Assembly: GCA_964505265.1 (NCBI GenBank)
Contig: CAZDGN010000006.1
Location: forward strand, 24,214-88,213
DNA length: 64,000 nt
Direction: 5' to 3'
Source: an uncultured Rickettsia sp.
GTDB lineage: Bacteria; Pseudomonadota; Alphaproteobacteria; Rickettsiales; UBA1997
The translations under genes were made by a program, and so were the position numbers. Shown here one piece after another: positions 52,394 to 61,559 of this stretch (position 1 is the stretch's first letter; every line of letters begins with the position of its first letter). Under the pieces are notes generated by a model. The model made no database searches and was not told the origin of the DNA. It saw only the letters and a program-made list of their open reading frames with translations.

Positions 52394-53041
52394 ATGGCCG
52401 AAAAGGATAAGAAAATAAAAATTAAAAGTTGGTATTCTAATCGCTATCAGATTGTTGCAGTGCAAAGGAATGTCTTACTTTTATTAACGGCAACTTCAAT
52501 TATAATGGTGGCGATTGCGGTTTTTTTTGTAAAAAATTTTATGTCTTCAAAATCGCTTGAACCTTATGTTATAGAGATTAACGAAAAAACCGGAACAGCG
52601 GTTGTTGTTCAGCAAATTACTTCACAAACTTTTACTGCCAACGAAGTTATGAAGAGATATTTTATTAATAAATATGTTCAATCTGCCTTAACTTACAATC
52701 CCAGAAATTATAAAGAAAATTCTGAAGAGGTGAGATTATTTTCAACATCGCAAATTTTTAATGAATATCGAAATCGCATTAATCCTTATTCCCTTGGTTC
52801 TGAATCACAAATTGAACTAAAAATTCGGTCATTGCTTTTTAAAGATAATATGAATGTTGAAATTAGAACCACAAGAGAAATCAATATTGTTGGTCAAAAA
52901 TCGACTACAAAAAATGAAATTATTTATATGACTTTTTATTTTGCACCTGAATTAAATTTATCAATTGAAGAGAGGTTAATCAACCCACTTGGTTTTCAAG
53001 TCTCTAAATTTGAGGTCGCTGAAGAGATTATTAATCAATAA
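52394..53041 (+). CDS. virB8: Type IV secretion VirB8-family protein
   Basis: Single N-terminal TM, LEPYVIEINEKTG, C-terminal INPLGFQV. Confidence 0.88.
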   Translation: MAEKDKKIKIKSWYSNRYQIVAVQRNVLLLLTATSIIMVAIAVFFVKNFMSSKSLEPYVIEINEKTGTAVVVQQITSQTFTANEVMKRYFINKYVQSALTYNPRNYKENSEEVRLFSTSQIFNEYRNRINPYSLGSESQIELKIRSLLFKDNMNVEIRTTREINIVGQKSTTKNEIIYMTFYFAPELNLSIEERLINPLGFQVSKFEVAEEIINQ

Positions 53042-53043
53042 CT

Positions 53044-53913
53044 ATGAAAAATTTTTTTGTAAAATTTATTTCTAAATTCTTAATTTTATCGAATATTTTT
53101 TTGATAAATTCTTTAGTATTTGCTCAAACTCCAATTACCACGGACTCACGAATTAGAACCTTGGTTTATAATCCAAATGAAGTTTATGAGTTAAAATTTT
53201 ATTATAATTATCAATCTTTTATCGAATTTGCTAATGACGAAGAAATTGAAATGATCTCGGTCGGTGAGGCTTTTTCATGGCGACTTACTCCAGCTGGAAA
53301 AAGATTGTTTGTGCGTCCGCTTGAAATTGCTGCTCATACCAATATGACTATAATCACGAATAAAAGAATTTATCACTTCGATATTCGTTCTGATGAATTT
53401 ACTGGGAAGGCTGATGAAGACTTGGTTTACACTGTAAGATTTTTTTATCCACAAATTGGTCAACCTTTGCCAATTCCTCCTCAACTTGCCGTGCCTAATG
53501 TTGCTTCTAAGCCTCGTCAATTGCAAGAACCAATTGCTCCTCTTCCAGAATTGTCTGGAATTATTAAAACCCCAATTCCAAAAGCTAGAGTTGACCAAAA
53601 GTTGCCTGGAATTATTGAACGCAATCCAGAGGATGCGGTTTTAAATTTTGACTATCGTTTTTCTGGAGAATCCGACAATATTATGCCTTTGAAAGTTTAT
53701 GATGATGGCAATGAAACCCATTTTCAATTTGCTAATGATAATTTGGTAATCCCAACTATTAGCGCTGTTGATCCTTACGGCATTGAAACCCCAGTCAATT
53801 ACACTATTCGTGACCGATATGTGGTGGTGCCAATTGTAGCTCGTCAATTCACTTTAAGATTGGCTGACAGTATGCTTTGCATCTACAATGCTAAAAATCT
53901 TCTTCCAGAGTAA
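53044..53913 (+). CDS. virB9: Type IV secretion VirB9-family protein
   Basis: Signal peptide, DSRIRTLVYNPNEV, NMTIITNKRIY, VYDDGNETHFQF. Confidence 0.9.
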   Translation: MKNFFVKFISKFLILSNIFLINSLVFAQTPITTDSRIRTLVYNPNEVYELKFYYNYQSFIEFANDEEIEMISVGEAFSWRLTPAGKRLFVRPLEIAAHTNMTIITNKRIYHFDIRSDEFTGKADEDLVYTVRFFYPQIGQPLPIPPQLAVPNVASKPRQLQEPIAPLPELSGIIKTPIPKARVDQKLPGIIERNPEDAVLNFDYRFSGESDNIMPLKVYDDGNETHFQFANDNLVIPTISAVDPYGIETPVNYTIRDRYVVVPIVARQFTLRLADSMLCIYNAKNLLPE

Positions 53914-53921
53914 TTTTTACT

Positions 53922-54743
53922 ATGAACATATTTAAAAATATCGCTGATATTAAAAAATTTATTGGTGATGCAAAAAATAAAAATTTAAAAATCGCTTTTG
54001 TTCCAACCATGGGAGCATTGCATTTAGGACATTTATCGCTAGTAAAAAATGCTCAAAAATTTTCCGATATAGTTATTGTGAGTATTTTTGTAAATAAATT
54101 GCAGTTTAATGACCAAAATGATTTTGCTAAATATCCAAGAAATTACGATAACGATATTTTGATGCTCAAAAATCAAGGGATTGATGCGGTTTTCTTGCCA
54201 AGTGATGATGAATTGTACCCAACCAAGCCTAACTTCAAAATCATCGCTCAAAATTATGCAGATTGTTTGTGTGGAAAATATCGGGCAGGGCATTTTGATG
54301 GGGTTTGCATGGTGGTTAGTAAATTATTTAATATTGTTGAGCCTAATGTTGCCTTTTTTGGTTTAAAGGATTATCAGCAATATTTAATTATAAAAAAATT
54401 AGTTGATGATTTAAATTTTAACACCGAAATTATAGGCGTTGAAACTTATCGTCAAGATAATGGCTTAGCCATGTCGTCTCGAAATGAATTATTATCGCCA
54501 TCAGCTAAAATCAAGGCAGGCTTAATTTATAAAACTTTACAAGAAATAAAAAATAATCCAGATTTAATTGAGGATAAAAAAATCGAATTGCTAAAAAATG
54601 GTTTTGAGCGAATTGATTATATCGAGATTCGCAATGCTTTAAATTTACAAATTGAAAACCCAAGAAAAACTGACCAAAAATATCGTATTTTTATTGCTCT
54701 TTATCTTGAGGGCGTTCGGTTAATTGATAATATTGAGTTATAA
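53922..54743 (+). CDS. panC: Pantoate--beta-alanine ligase
   Basis: VPTMGALHLGH, RAGHFDGV, FGLKDYQQ, AMSSRN, RLIDN. Confidence 0.96.
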   Translation: MNIFKNIADIKKFIGDAKNKNLKIAFVPTMGALHLGHLSLVKNAQKFSDIVIVSIFVNKLQFNDQNDFAKYPRNYDNDILMLKNQGIDAVFLPSDDELYPTKPNFKIIAQNYADCLCGKYRAGHFDGVCMVVSKLFNIVEPNVAFFGLKDYQQYLIIKKLVDDLNFNTEIIGVETYRQDNGLAMSSRNELLSPSAKIKAGLIYKTLQEIKNNPDLIEDKKIELLKNGFERIDYIEIRNALNLQIENPRKTDQKYRIFIALYLEGVRLIDNIEL

Positions 54744-55120
54744 TGATATATTTAGCAATATTTAATGTGGCTTTGATAGTAACGATAATTTATCTTTACT
54801 ATCATTATCGCCAAACCAAAAAAATCTTGTTAAAAGAATTAAAATTATTGCGCAATAGAAATTTAAAACAAGAGCACGACCTAAAAAATTTTGAAAAGAA
54901 ATTTTTACAAGTAAACAATGAGTTTCATCTGCGTATCGAATCATTATTGGTTGATATGTTGAAATTAAAGCAAGAAAAGGAAAGAGAGACTGAACTTAAA
55001 AATGATTTTGAGCAAAAATATAAAATTTTACAGCAAAAAAATATTGATTTTGAATCTGTTCATCAAGAGTTTAATGAGGCAATATATAAACTTGTAAAAG
55101 ACATTGCGAAATATAAATAA
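54743..55120 (+). CDS. Membrane-anchored coiled-coil hypothetical protein
   Basis: N-terminal TM followed by a charged heptad-like sequence; start overlaps the panC stop. Confidence 0.65.
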   Translation: MIYLAIFNVALIVTIIYLYYHYRQTKKILLKELKLLRNRNLKQEHDLKNFEKKFLQVNNEFHLRIESLLVDMLKLKQEKERETELKNDFEQKYKILQQKNIDFESVHQEFNEAIYKLVKDIAKYK

Positions 55121-55188
55121 TACCATCTATTGCAAAATTTTTGTCTAGCTTTAAGATTATTTAAAAATTAATCAAAAAATAATTAAAT

Positions 55189-55461
55189 ATGAATGATTCT
55201 CTCCCTAAAATTGCCCAAAAACAACCCTACAAAGTTGATGTTGTTGAGGGTCAAAAATATTCTTGGTGCTCTTGTGGCTTATCTTCAAATCAACCATTTT
55301 GCGACGGTGCCCATAAAGCCTTTAAAAATGCCGATGGTAGCAGTGTAATGAAATCGGTTTCCTATATAGCGAATGAAACCAAAACTGTATTTTTTTGCGG
55401 TTGTAAACATAGCAAAAATGGTATGTTTTGCGATGGTTCACATAATTCTTTAAAAAATTAA
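55189..55461 (+). CDS. Double CDGSH iron-sulfur domain protein
   Basis: WCSCGLSSNQPFCDGAH and FCGCKHSKNGMFCDGSH. Confidence 0.92.
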   Translation: MNDSLPKIAQKQPYKVDVVEGQKYSWCSCGLSSNQPFCDGAHKAFKNADGSSVMKSVSYIANETKTVFFCGCKHSKNGMFCDGSHNSLKN

Positions 55462-55472
55462 TTTTTGAAATT

Positions 55473-57242
55473 TTGAAAGAAAAAACTGCCAAAAAATCTA
55501 TAAATATCCGAAAATTTTTAGAGTTAATTCCTTATTTTAAGCCATATAAGAAAGATGTTATCTTGGCTCTGGTTGCTTTGTTGGTCACTGCTATGATGGT
55601 TTTGCTTTTTGGAAAGGGCATAAAATATTTGATTGATTTTGGTTTTGTGCCACGAGATAATATTGCCTTAACTTTGGTGTTGATTTTATTTATTGTTGCG
55701 ATAGGAATTATGTCAATTGCTGGCTATTACCGATCTTACTTAATAAATTCAGCTTCGGAAAAAGTTATTGCCGATTTACGCAAAAAAATTTACAATCACA
55801 TTATCCATGTTTCTGCTGAATTTTTTGAAATTACCAAAGCTGGAGATGTAGTCTCGAGGCTTACTGTAGATACCACTATAATTTATAATGTTTTAAGTAA
55901 CACCATTTCTTTTTTATTAAGAAATTTAATTTTATTTTTTGGTGGTTTAATTTTTTTATTTTTCACCAGTTTCAAACTTAGCATAATCTCAATTTTATTG
56001 ATTATAATTGCAATTATGCCAATTTTTATTTTAGGCAAAATTGTCAAAAATTTATCGCTAAAATCGCAATCTGGAATTGCCGAAGTCTCATCTCATATTG
56101 AGGAATCGGTTAACGGTATTAAAACAATCCAATCATATATTTGCGAAGAAAAAGAGGCTAGAAATTTTGCAAATTTTGTGGATAATTCATTGCAATACTC
56201 GCTTGAGAAAATCAAAATCAAATCTTTGATGGTGGCGATGGTAATATGCTTGGCTTTTGGCTCTATTGCTATTGTGCTATTTGTGGGCGGTCATGATGTT
56301 TTGAACAATAAAATAACTTCAGGAGAATTATCTTCCTTTATTTTTTATTCGATAATTTCAGCGACATCTTTGGTAGCTCTCAGTCAAATTGCTGGTCAGT
56401 TGCAAAGTGCTTCGGCATCAATTGAAAGAATTTTTGAATTATTAAAAATTTCTTCGCCCGTTCAAGAAAAGCCCATTCTAAAAAATCTTGAAAATACCAA
56501 GAATTTTGCAATAGAATTTATAAATATTGGCTTTTCTTATCCGTCGCGAGCGGATTTTGAGATTATAAAAGATTTTAGTTTAAAAATTTTGCCCAAAGAA
56601 AAAATTGCCATAGTTGGCTCTAGTGGTTCCGGAAAAAGCACTTTATTACAATTATTACTTAGATTCTATGATGTTAATCAGGGCGCTATTTTGATTAATA
56701 ATATTGATATTAGGGATTTAAGTTTTAAGGATTTGCGCCAAAATTTTGCTTATATTTCGCAAGATTGTTTTATTTTTTCTGGAACCATTTACGAAAATAT
56801 CGCTTATGTCGATAAAAATGTCACCAAAAAAGAAGTTGAAAAAATTATTGAAGAAAATTCCGCTCTTCAATTTATTAAAAATTTGCCAGATGGGATTGAT
56901 AGTTTTGTGGGTGAAAAGGGCATCAAACTCTCTGGCGGTGAGCGTCAAAGATTAGCCTTTGCTCGTGCTATTATCAAGGATTCGCCAATTTTGCTATTAG
57001 ATGAGGCGACCTCGGCACTCGATAATGAAAATGAGCAATTTTTGCAAAAATCGCTTTTGAATTATGCTAACGAAAAAACCGTTATAACAATTGCTCACAA
57101 ACTCTCATCCATCATTAATGTTGATAAAATTATTTTTGTAAAAGACGGGCGAATAGTTGAAGTTGGTAGCCATTTAGAATTGATAAATAGTAATGGTTTT
57201 TATCAAAAGATGTATGAGATGGAATTGTCAAAAAAAGATTAA
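55473..57242 (+). CDS. MsbA-like ABC exporter (fused permease and ATPase)
   Basis: Six TM region, GSSGSGKS, LSGGERQR, LLDEATSALD. TTG start. Confidence 0.92.
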   Translation: MKEKTAKKSINIRKFLELIPYFKPYKKDVILALVALLVTAMMVLLFGKGIKYLIDFGFVPRDNIALTLVLILFIVAIGIMSIAGYYRSYLINSASEKVIADLRKKIYNHIIHVSAEFFEITKAGDVVSRLTVDTTIIYNVLSNTISFLLRNLILFFGGLIFLFFTSFKLSIISILLIIIAIMPIFILGKIVKNLSLKSQSGIAEVSSHIEESVNGIKTIQSYICEEKEARNFANFVDNSLQYSLEKIKIKSLMVAMVICLAFGSIAIVLFVGGHDVLNNKITSGELSSFIFYSIISATSLVALSQIAGQLQSASASIERIFELLKISSPVQEKPILKNLENTKNFAIEFINIGFSYPSRADFEIIKDFSLKILPKEKIAIVGSSGSGKSTLLQLLLRFYDVNQGAILINNIDIRDLSFKDLRQNFAYISQDCFIFSGTIYENIAYVDKNVTKKEVEKIIEENSALQFIKNLPDGIDSFVGEKGIKLSGGERQRLAFARAIIKDSPILLLDEATSALDNENEQFLQKSLLNYANEKTVITIAHKLSSIINVDKIIFVKDGRIVEVGSHLELINSNGFYQKMYEMELSKKD

Positions 57243-57261
57243 TTTTGAAGAATATTGATGG

Positions 57262-57347
57262 TGGTGGAGAGGGCAGGATTTGAACCTGCGAACGCTTACG
57301 CGGGCAGATTTACAGTCTGCTGCCATTGACCACTCGGCCACCTCTCC
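57262..57347 (-). tRNA. tRNA-Tyr(GTA)
   Basis: Acceptor GGAGAGG/CCTCTCC, GCAGA-CTGTAAA-TCTGC, long variable arm, CCA. Confidence 0.95.
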
Positions 57348-57412
57348 AATATTACTTTGAAATATTTTAATTGTGCTTTTAATTATTACTTCAATAAAGC
57401 AATGAATTATAA

Positions 57413-57486
57413 TGGAGCGGGTGAAGGGAATCGAACCCTCACGGCTAGCTTGGAAGGCTAGAACTCTACCTTTGAGCTACACCCGC
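57413..57486 (-). tRNA. tRNA-Gly(TCC)
   Basis: Acceptor GCGGGTG/CACCCGC, CTAGC-CTTCCAA-GCTAG, CCA. Confidence 0.95.
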
Positions 57487-57567
57487 TTATAAAATACTTT
57501 TTTATTTTATTGAAATTTATTTTAAAAGTAAAATCTTATTTTTAATAAATTAGAATCAGCAAAATTA

Positions 57568-58323
57568 TTAAGCCTTTCCGCAAATTTCACAATTTTTATT
57601 TTTATTTAATTTGGTTTTACGAAAATTATTTTTTAAAAAATCGTAAAATAAAATCTGCCCAGAAATATCATTATCGATTTTTAAAATTTCTTTTATGGCG
57701 TAAATCGCCTGCATAGCTCCAATACTGCCGGCTACTGCTCCTAAGATACCCTTTTCATGAAGTGGTAATTGAAAATTTTCATCGACAATATTTGGATTAA
57801 AACATGTATAGCAAGGTTGATTTTCAAGGTAAGGTTTAAATACCGACAACTGCCCAAGAAATCCCTTCACCGCCCCGAAAATTAGAGGTTTTTTTTGCTC
57901 AAAACAAACCTGATTGATTATAAATCGAGTCGGAAAATTATCGGTGCAATCCATTACAATATCGTAATCATTAACCTCCTTTGATAATAAATCATAATTG
58001 GCTCGTTGATTAATTAAATTTATGGTTAAATGCGGAGATAATTTTTCTAATTTTTCTTTGGCACTAAGGATTTTTTCTTGCCCAAGATTATCAAAATTAT
58101 GAATAATTTGGCGTTGTAAATTTGAAATTTCTACCTTATCATCATCGATAATTCCAATTAAACCAATCCCTGCACAAGCAAGATATTGTAAAGCACTAGA
58201 GCCAAGACCGCCAGCACCAATTACTAAAATTTTTGCCTTAAGCAATTTTTCTTGACCAACTTCACCAATTTCTGGTAAAATAATGTTGCGAATATATAAA
58301 TCCTGTTGCTGTTTAGTTAGCAT
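57568..58323 (-). CDS. HesA/MoeB/ThiF-family adenylyltransferase
   Basis: IGAGGLG, SNLQRQ, DCTDN, CYTC and CEIC zinc ligands. Confidence 0.9.
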   Translation of the reverse strand: MLTKQQQDLYIRNIILPEIGEVGQEKLLKAKILVIGAGGLGSSALQYLACAGIGLIGIIDDDKVEISNLQRQIIHNFDNLGQEKILSAKEKLEKLSPHLTINLINQRANYDLLSKEVNDYDIVMDCTDNFPTRFIINQVCFEQKKPLIFGAVKGFLGQLSVFKPYLENQPCYTCFNPNIVDENFQLPLHEKGILGAVAGSIGAMQAIYAIKEILKIDNDISGQILFYDFLKNNFRKTKLNKNKNCEICGKA

Positions 58324-58327
58324 ATAA

Positions 58328-59887
58328 TCAAATTTTAATTTTTTTTAAAAATTTTTGTGCCGAGTCTCTAATTGCCAATATTTCCTTTTCGGTTTTGCGT
58401 TTTAAATTAGCGTATGGATAAAAAAGCCGACCATTATTTTTTAGTAATTCTTGGTTTTTAATTAAAAAATTCCAGTATAAATAATTAAAAGGGCAGGCCT
58501 TGTCTCCAGTTGTTAATTTGACATCATATTGACAGTTTTTGCAAAAATTTGACATTTTGTTAATATAATTTCCGCTCGAGCAATAAGGTTTTGAAGCTAC
58601 AATTCCGCCATCGGCAAATAGTGCCATACCTCGAGTATTTGGCATTTCTACCCATTCAAAAGCATCGGCATAAACTGCCAAATACCACTCCTCAACTTGA
58701 TCTGGGTCGATTTCTGCAAGAAGAGCAAAGTTGCCTGTAATCATTAGGCGTTGAATATGATGGCTGTAAGCGTGAAGTCGAGTGTGTTTGATGGCGGTTT
58801 TCAGACAATTCATTGTGGTTTCGTCTTCGTTCCAATAAAATTCTGGCAAGTTTCTTTTGTGATTGAAGTAATTTAATTTTGCGTATTTTGGCATAAAGTG
58901 CCAATAGATTCCACGAATATATTCTCTCCAGCCAATAATTTGGCGAATAAATCCTTCGGCACTGGCAATATCGCAATTTCCTAGATGATATTCAGCCTCA
59001 ACTTTTTTAGCGCAATCAAGTGGGTCAAGCAAGCCAATATTGATATACATTGAAATCACACTATGAAAGCCAAAATCAACATCTTCACGCATGGCGTCTT
59101 GATAAATTCCAAAATTATTTAAACGATTTTTTAGAAAGTCTGCGAATTGATTCTCAGCGTCTAAATGATTGGTTGCCAAGTTAAAATTTTCTAGTGAACC
59201 AAAATTTTCTGGAAAATTATTTTTGACTAAATCAATTACTTCTTGGGTATTTTTGTTAATTTTAATTTGTTGAATCTTTGGCTGGCGAACATCATTTGGC
59301 ATGGTTCTGCGATTTTCTTTATCGTAATTCCATTTACCGCCAACTGGTTTTAGAGTGCCAGAATTTTTTTTAGTATTTTTATTTTCTTCCATCAAAATTT
59401 TAGTTTTTTGACGCATTAAATGATAAAAATTTTCGAGTAGTAAATTTTTTTTATCCTTGGCATAGCTAGCAAATTCAAGGTGCGAGCAAATAAATCTTTC
59501 ATCATTGCGAATTTCATAATTAATTTTCTTTCTGGAAAAATAATTATTAAAAATTTGCAAAACCCTATATTCTGATGGTTCGGTGACGATAATTTTTTGC
59601 GGTTTTTGTTTGTCGATAAAATATTCAAGCTCTTTATCAAAGCTACCCAAATTGTTGGCATCATCTAATTTTTTGTAAAAAACTTTAAAATTATTTTGCC
59701 GAAGTAAATCAGCAAATTCACGCATTGCCGATAAAATCAAAACCAATTTCTTTTTGTGATGCTTGACATAATTGGTTTCGTCCCAAATTTCAGTCATTAA
59801 AATGACATCATGTTTTTTGTCAAAATTTTGTAAGGAAGAAATATTTAAATTTAATTGATCACCCAAGATGTAAATTAAATTACGCAT
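58328..59887 (-). CDS. Fe-S cryptochrome/photolyase (PhrB/CryB-like, probable (6-4) photolyase)
   Basis: ILGDQL, HHKKK, GGKWNYDKENR, HHIQRLM, DAFEWVE, FCKNC..CPFNYLYW cluster cysteines. Confidence 0.9.
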   Translation of the reverse strand: MRNLIYILGDQLNLNISSLQNFDKKHDVILMTEIWDETNYVKHHKKKLVLILSAMREFADLLRQNNFKVFYKKLDDANNLGSFDKELEYFIDKQKPQKIIVTEPSEYRVLQIFNNYFSRKKINYEIRNDERFICSHLEFASYAKDKKNLLLENFYHLMRQKTKILMEENKNTKKNSGTLKPVGGKWNYDKENRRTMPNDVRQPKIQQIKINKNTQEVIDLVKNNFPENFGSLENFNLATNHLDAENQFADFLKNRLNNFGIYQDAMREDVDFGFHSVISMYINIGLLDPLDCAKKVEAEYHLGNCDIASAEGFIRQIIGWREYIRGIYWHFMPKYAKLNYFNHKRNLPEFYWNEDETTMNCLKTAIKHTRLHAYSHHIQRLMITGNFALLAEIDPDQVEEWYLAVYADAFEWVEMPNTRGMALFADGGIVASKPYCSSGNYINKMSNFCKNCQYDVKLTTGDKACPFNYLYWNFLIKNQELLKNNGRLFYPYANLKRKTEKEILAIRDSAQKFLKKIKI

Positions 59888-59888
59888 A

Positions 59889-60623
59889 TTAAATTTTTAT
59901 TTTTGGCATTACCGAGCTAAGTCCACCGTCAACCGCCAAGACCTGTCCAGTGATAAAATCATTGTTGGTATCGAGTAAAAAATTTACTGCATTGGCTACA
60001 TCTTGAGCCTTGCCGATGCGAGCCAGAGCATGCATTGCCTTGGAGTAATTTAAGCTAGTTTCATTTTCGGTAATTTTTTGAGTTAATTTTGTTTGCGTTA
60101 ACCCTGGAGCCACAACATTGAAGCGAATATTTTTTAAGGCATAGCTTGATGAAGCTGATTTAGCGAGGGCAACGATTGCACCTTTAGCACTGGCAATTGC
60201 TTCATGATTGGCAAGACCATGCATCGCAACTGCTGACGCCAGTAAAACTACGCTACCGCCATTTTTGAAATATTTACCAGCACTTCGCACACAGGCAAAG
60301 GCGGGCGCTATATTTGAATTCATTGTATGTTGGTATTCTTCAAAACTGGTGAGGTGAGCGGGTTTAAGTAGAACGGAACCAGCAAAGCAGGCGACGCCAT
60401 CAACAGTGCCAAGCTCTTGGGTTGCTTGTTCAAAAGTTTTATCAACTTCACTGAAATTTGAGCAATCAAGAAGATTTCCGTTGCAATTAAATTTAGATTT
60501 GAGAGACTCTAATTTGTCGGAATTTCTGGCGGTGATAAAAATTTTATGATTATTTTCAACTAAATTTTTAGCTGTTAATTCGCCAATTTCGCTAGATGCG
60601 GATAGTATAAGATAATTTGCCAT
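59889..60623 (-). CDS. Atypical short-chain dehydrogenase/reductase
   Basis: SDR fold motifs (VVAPGLT, GQVLAVDGG) but SASSEIG instead of TGxxxGxG and IASAK instead of YxxxK. Start placed at MANYL (60623). Confidence 0.85.
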   Translation of the reverse strand: MANYLILSASSEIGELTAKNLVENNHKIFITARNSDKLESLKSKFNCNGNLLDCSNFSEVDKTFEQATQELGTVDGVACFAGSVLLKPAHLTSFEEYQHTMNSNIAPAFACVRSAGKYFKNGGSVVLLASAVAMHGLANHEAIASAKGAIVALAKSASSSYALKNIRFNVVAPGLTQTKLTQKITENETSLNYSKAMHALARIGKAQDVANAVNFLLDTNNDFITGQVLAVDGGLSSVMPKIKI

Positions 60624-60651
60624 ATTTTTTAATTTTAATTTTTTAACTATA

Positions 60652-61554
60652 ATGAAACTTTTACAACAAAAAAGCAAATTTTTAATCACTGGCGCTACTG
60701 GTTTTATCGGTAAAAGATTGGTCGATGAATTATTGCAAGATGGTCATCAAATTTTTGCCTTAACTCGAAAGAAAAATTTAAAATCTAAAAATAAAAATTT
60801 GCAATATATTAGTGATTTTGTCGATTTGGAATTTGATTTTGACATTATTATCAATTTGGCGGGAGCGCCAATTTCAGTGAACTGGAATGCTAAAAATCGT
60901 CAAGAGATTTACGATAGCAGAATTAATATTACAAAAAAAATTGTTGAAAAAATTTTAGCCACTAAAACTCCGCCAAAATTATTTATTAGTGGCTCAGCAA
61001 TTGGTTTTTACGGCACTTCCGAGACCACAATTTTTAGTGAAAATTCTTCGCCAACCACACAAAATTTATTTTCACAAAAACTTTGCAAAGATTGGGAATT
61101 TCAAGCGCAAAAAGTTGGTGATTCGACTCGTTTAGTTTTGCTTCGAACTTCGGTTGTAATCGGGCAGGGCGGTGGTATTATTAAAAAATTGACTCCGCCA
61201 TTTAAAATGGGTTTGGGTGGTAATATTGGCGATGGCAAGCAAATTATGAGTTGGATTCATCTTGATGATGCAATTGGAATTATCGAGTTGATAATTAATA
61301 ATTCTACCATCAAAGGTGCTATTAATCTATCTTCGCCAAATTCATGCTCCAATGCCGAATTTTCTGGGGTTTTGGCGAAAAAATTTAATCGACCATATTT
61401 TTTTCATATCCCAAAATTTGCAGTAAAAACTATTTTTGGACAAATGGGCGAAGAATTGCTCTTATCTTCGCAAAAAATTGCTCCGCAAAAGGCTCAGGAA
61501 AATGGATATGATTTTAAATTTGTTAATATTGCAGATGCTATTGCAACATTGTAA
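60652..61554 (+). CDS. TIGR01777/YfcH-family NAD-dependent epimerase-like oxidoreductase
   Basis: TGATGFIG, NLAGAPI, SGSAIGFYG, SWIHLDD. Confidence 0.9.
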   Translation: MKLLQQKSKFLITGATGFIGKRLVDELLQDGHQIFALTRKKNLKSKNKNLQYISDFVDLEFDFDIIINLAGAPISVNWNAKNRQEIYDSRINITKKIVEKILATKTPPKLFISGSAIGFYGTSETTIFSENSSPTTQNLFSQKLCKDWEFQAQKVGDSTRLVLLRTSVVIGQGGGIIKKLTPPFKMGLGGNIGDGKQIMSWIHLDDAIGIIELIINNSTIKGAINLSSPNSCSNAEFSGVLAKKFNRPYFFHIPKFAVKTIFGQMGEELLLSSQKIAPQKAQENGYDFKFVNIADAIATL

Positions 61555-61559
61555 ATATT

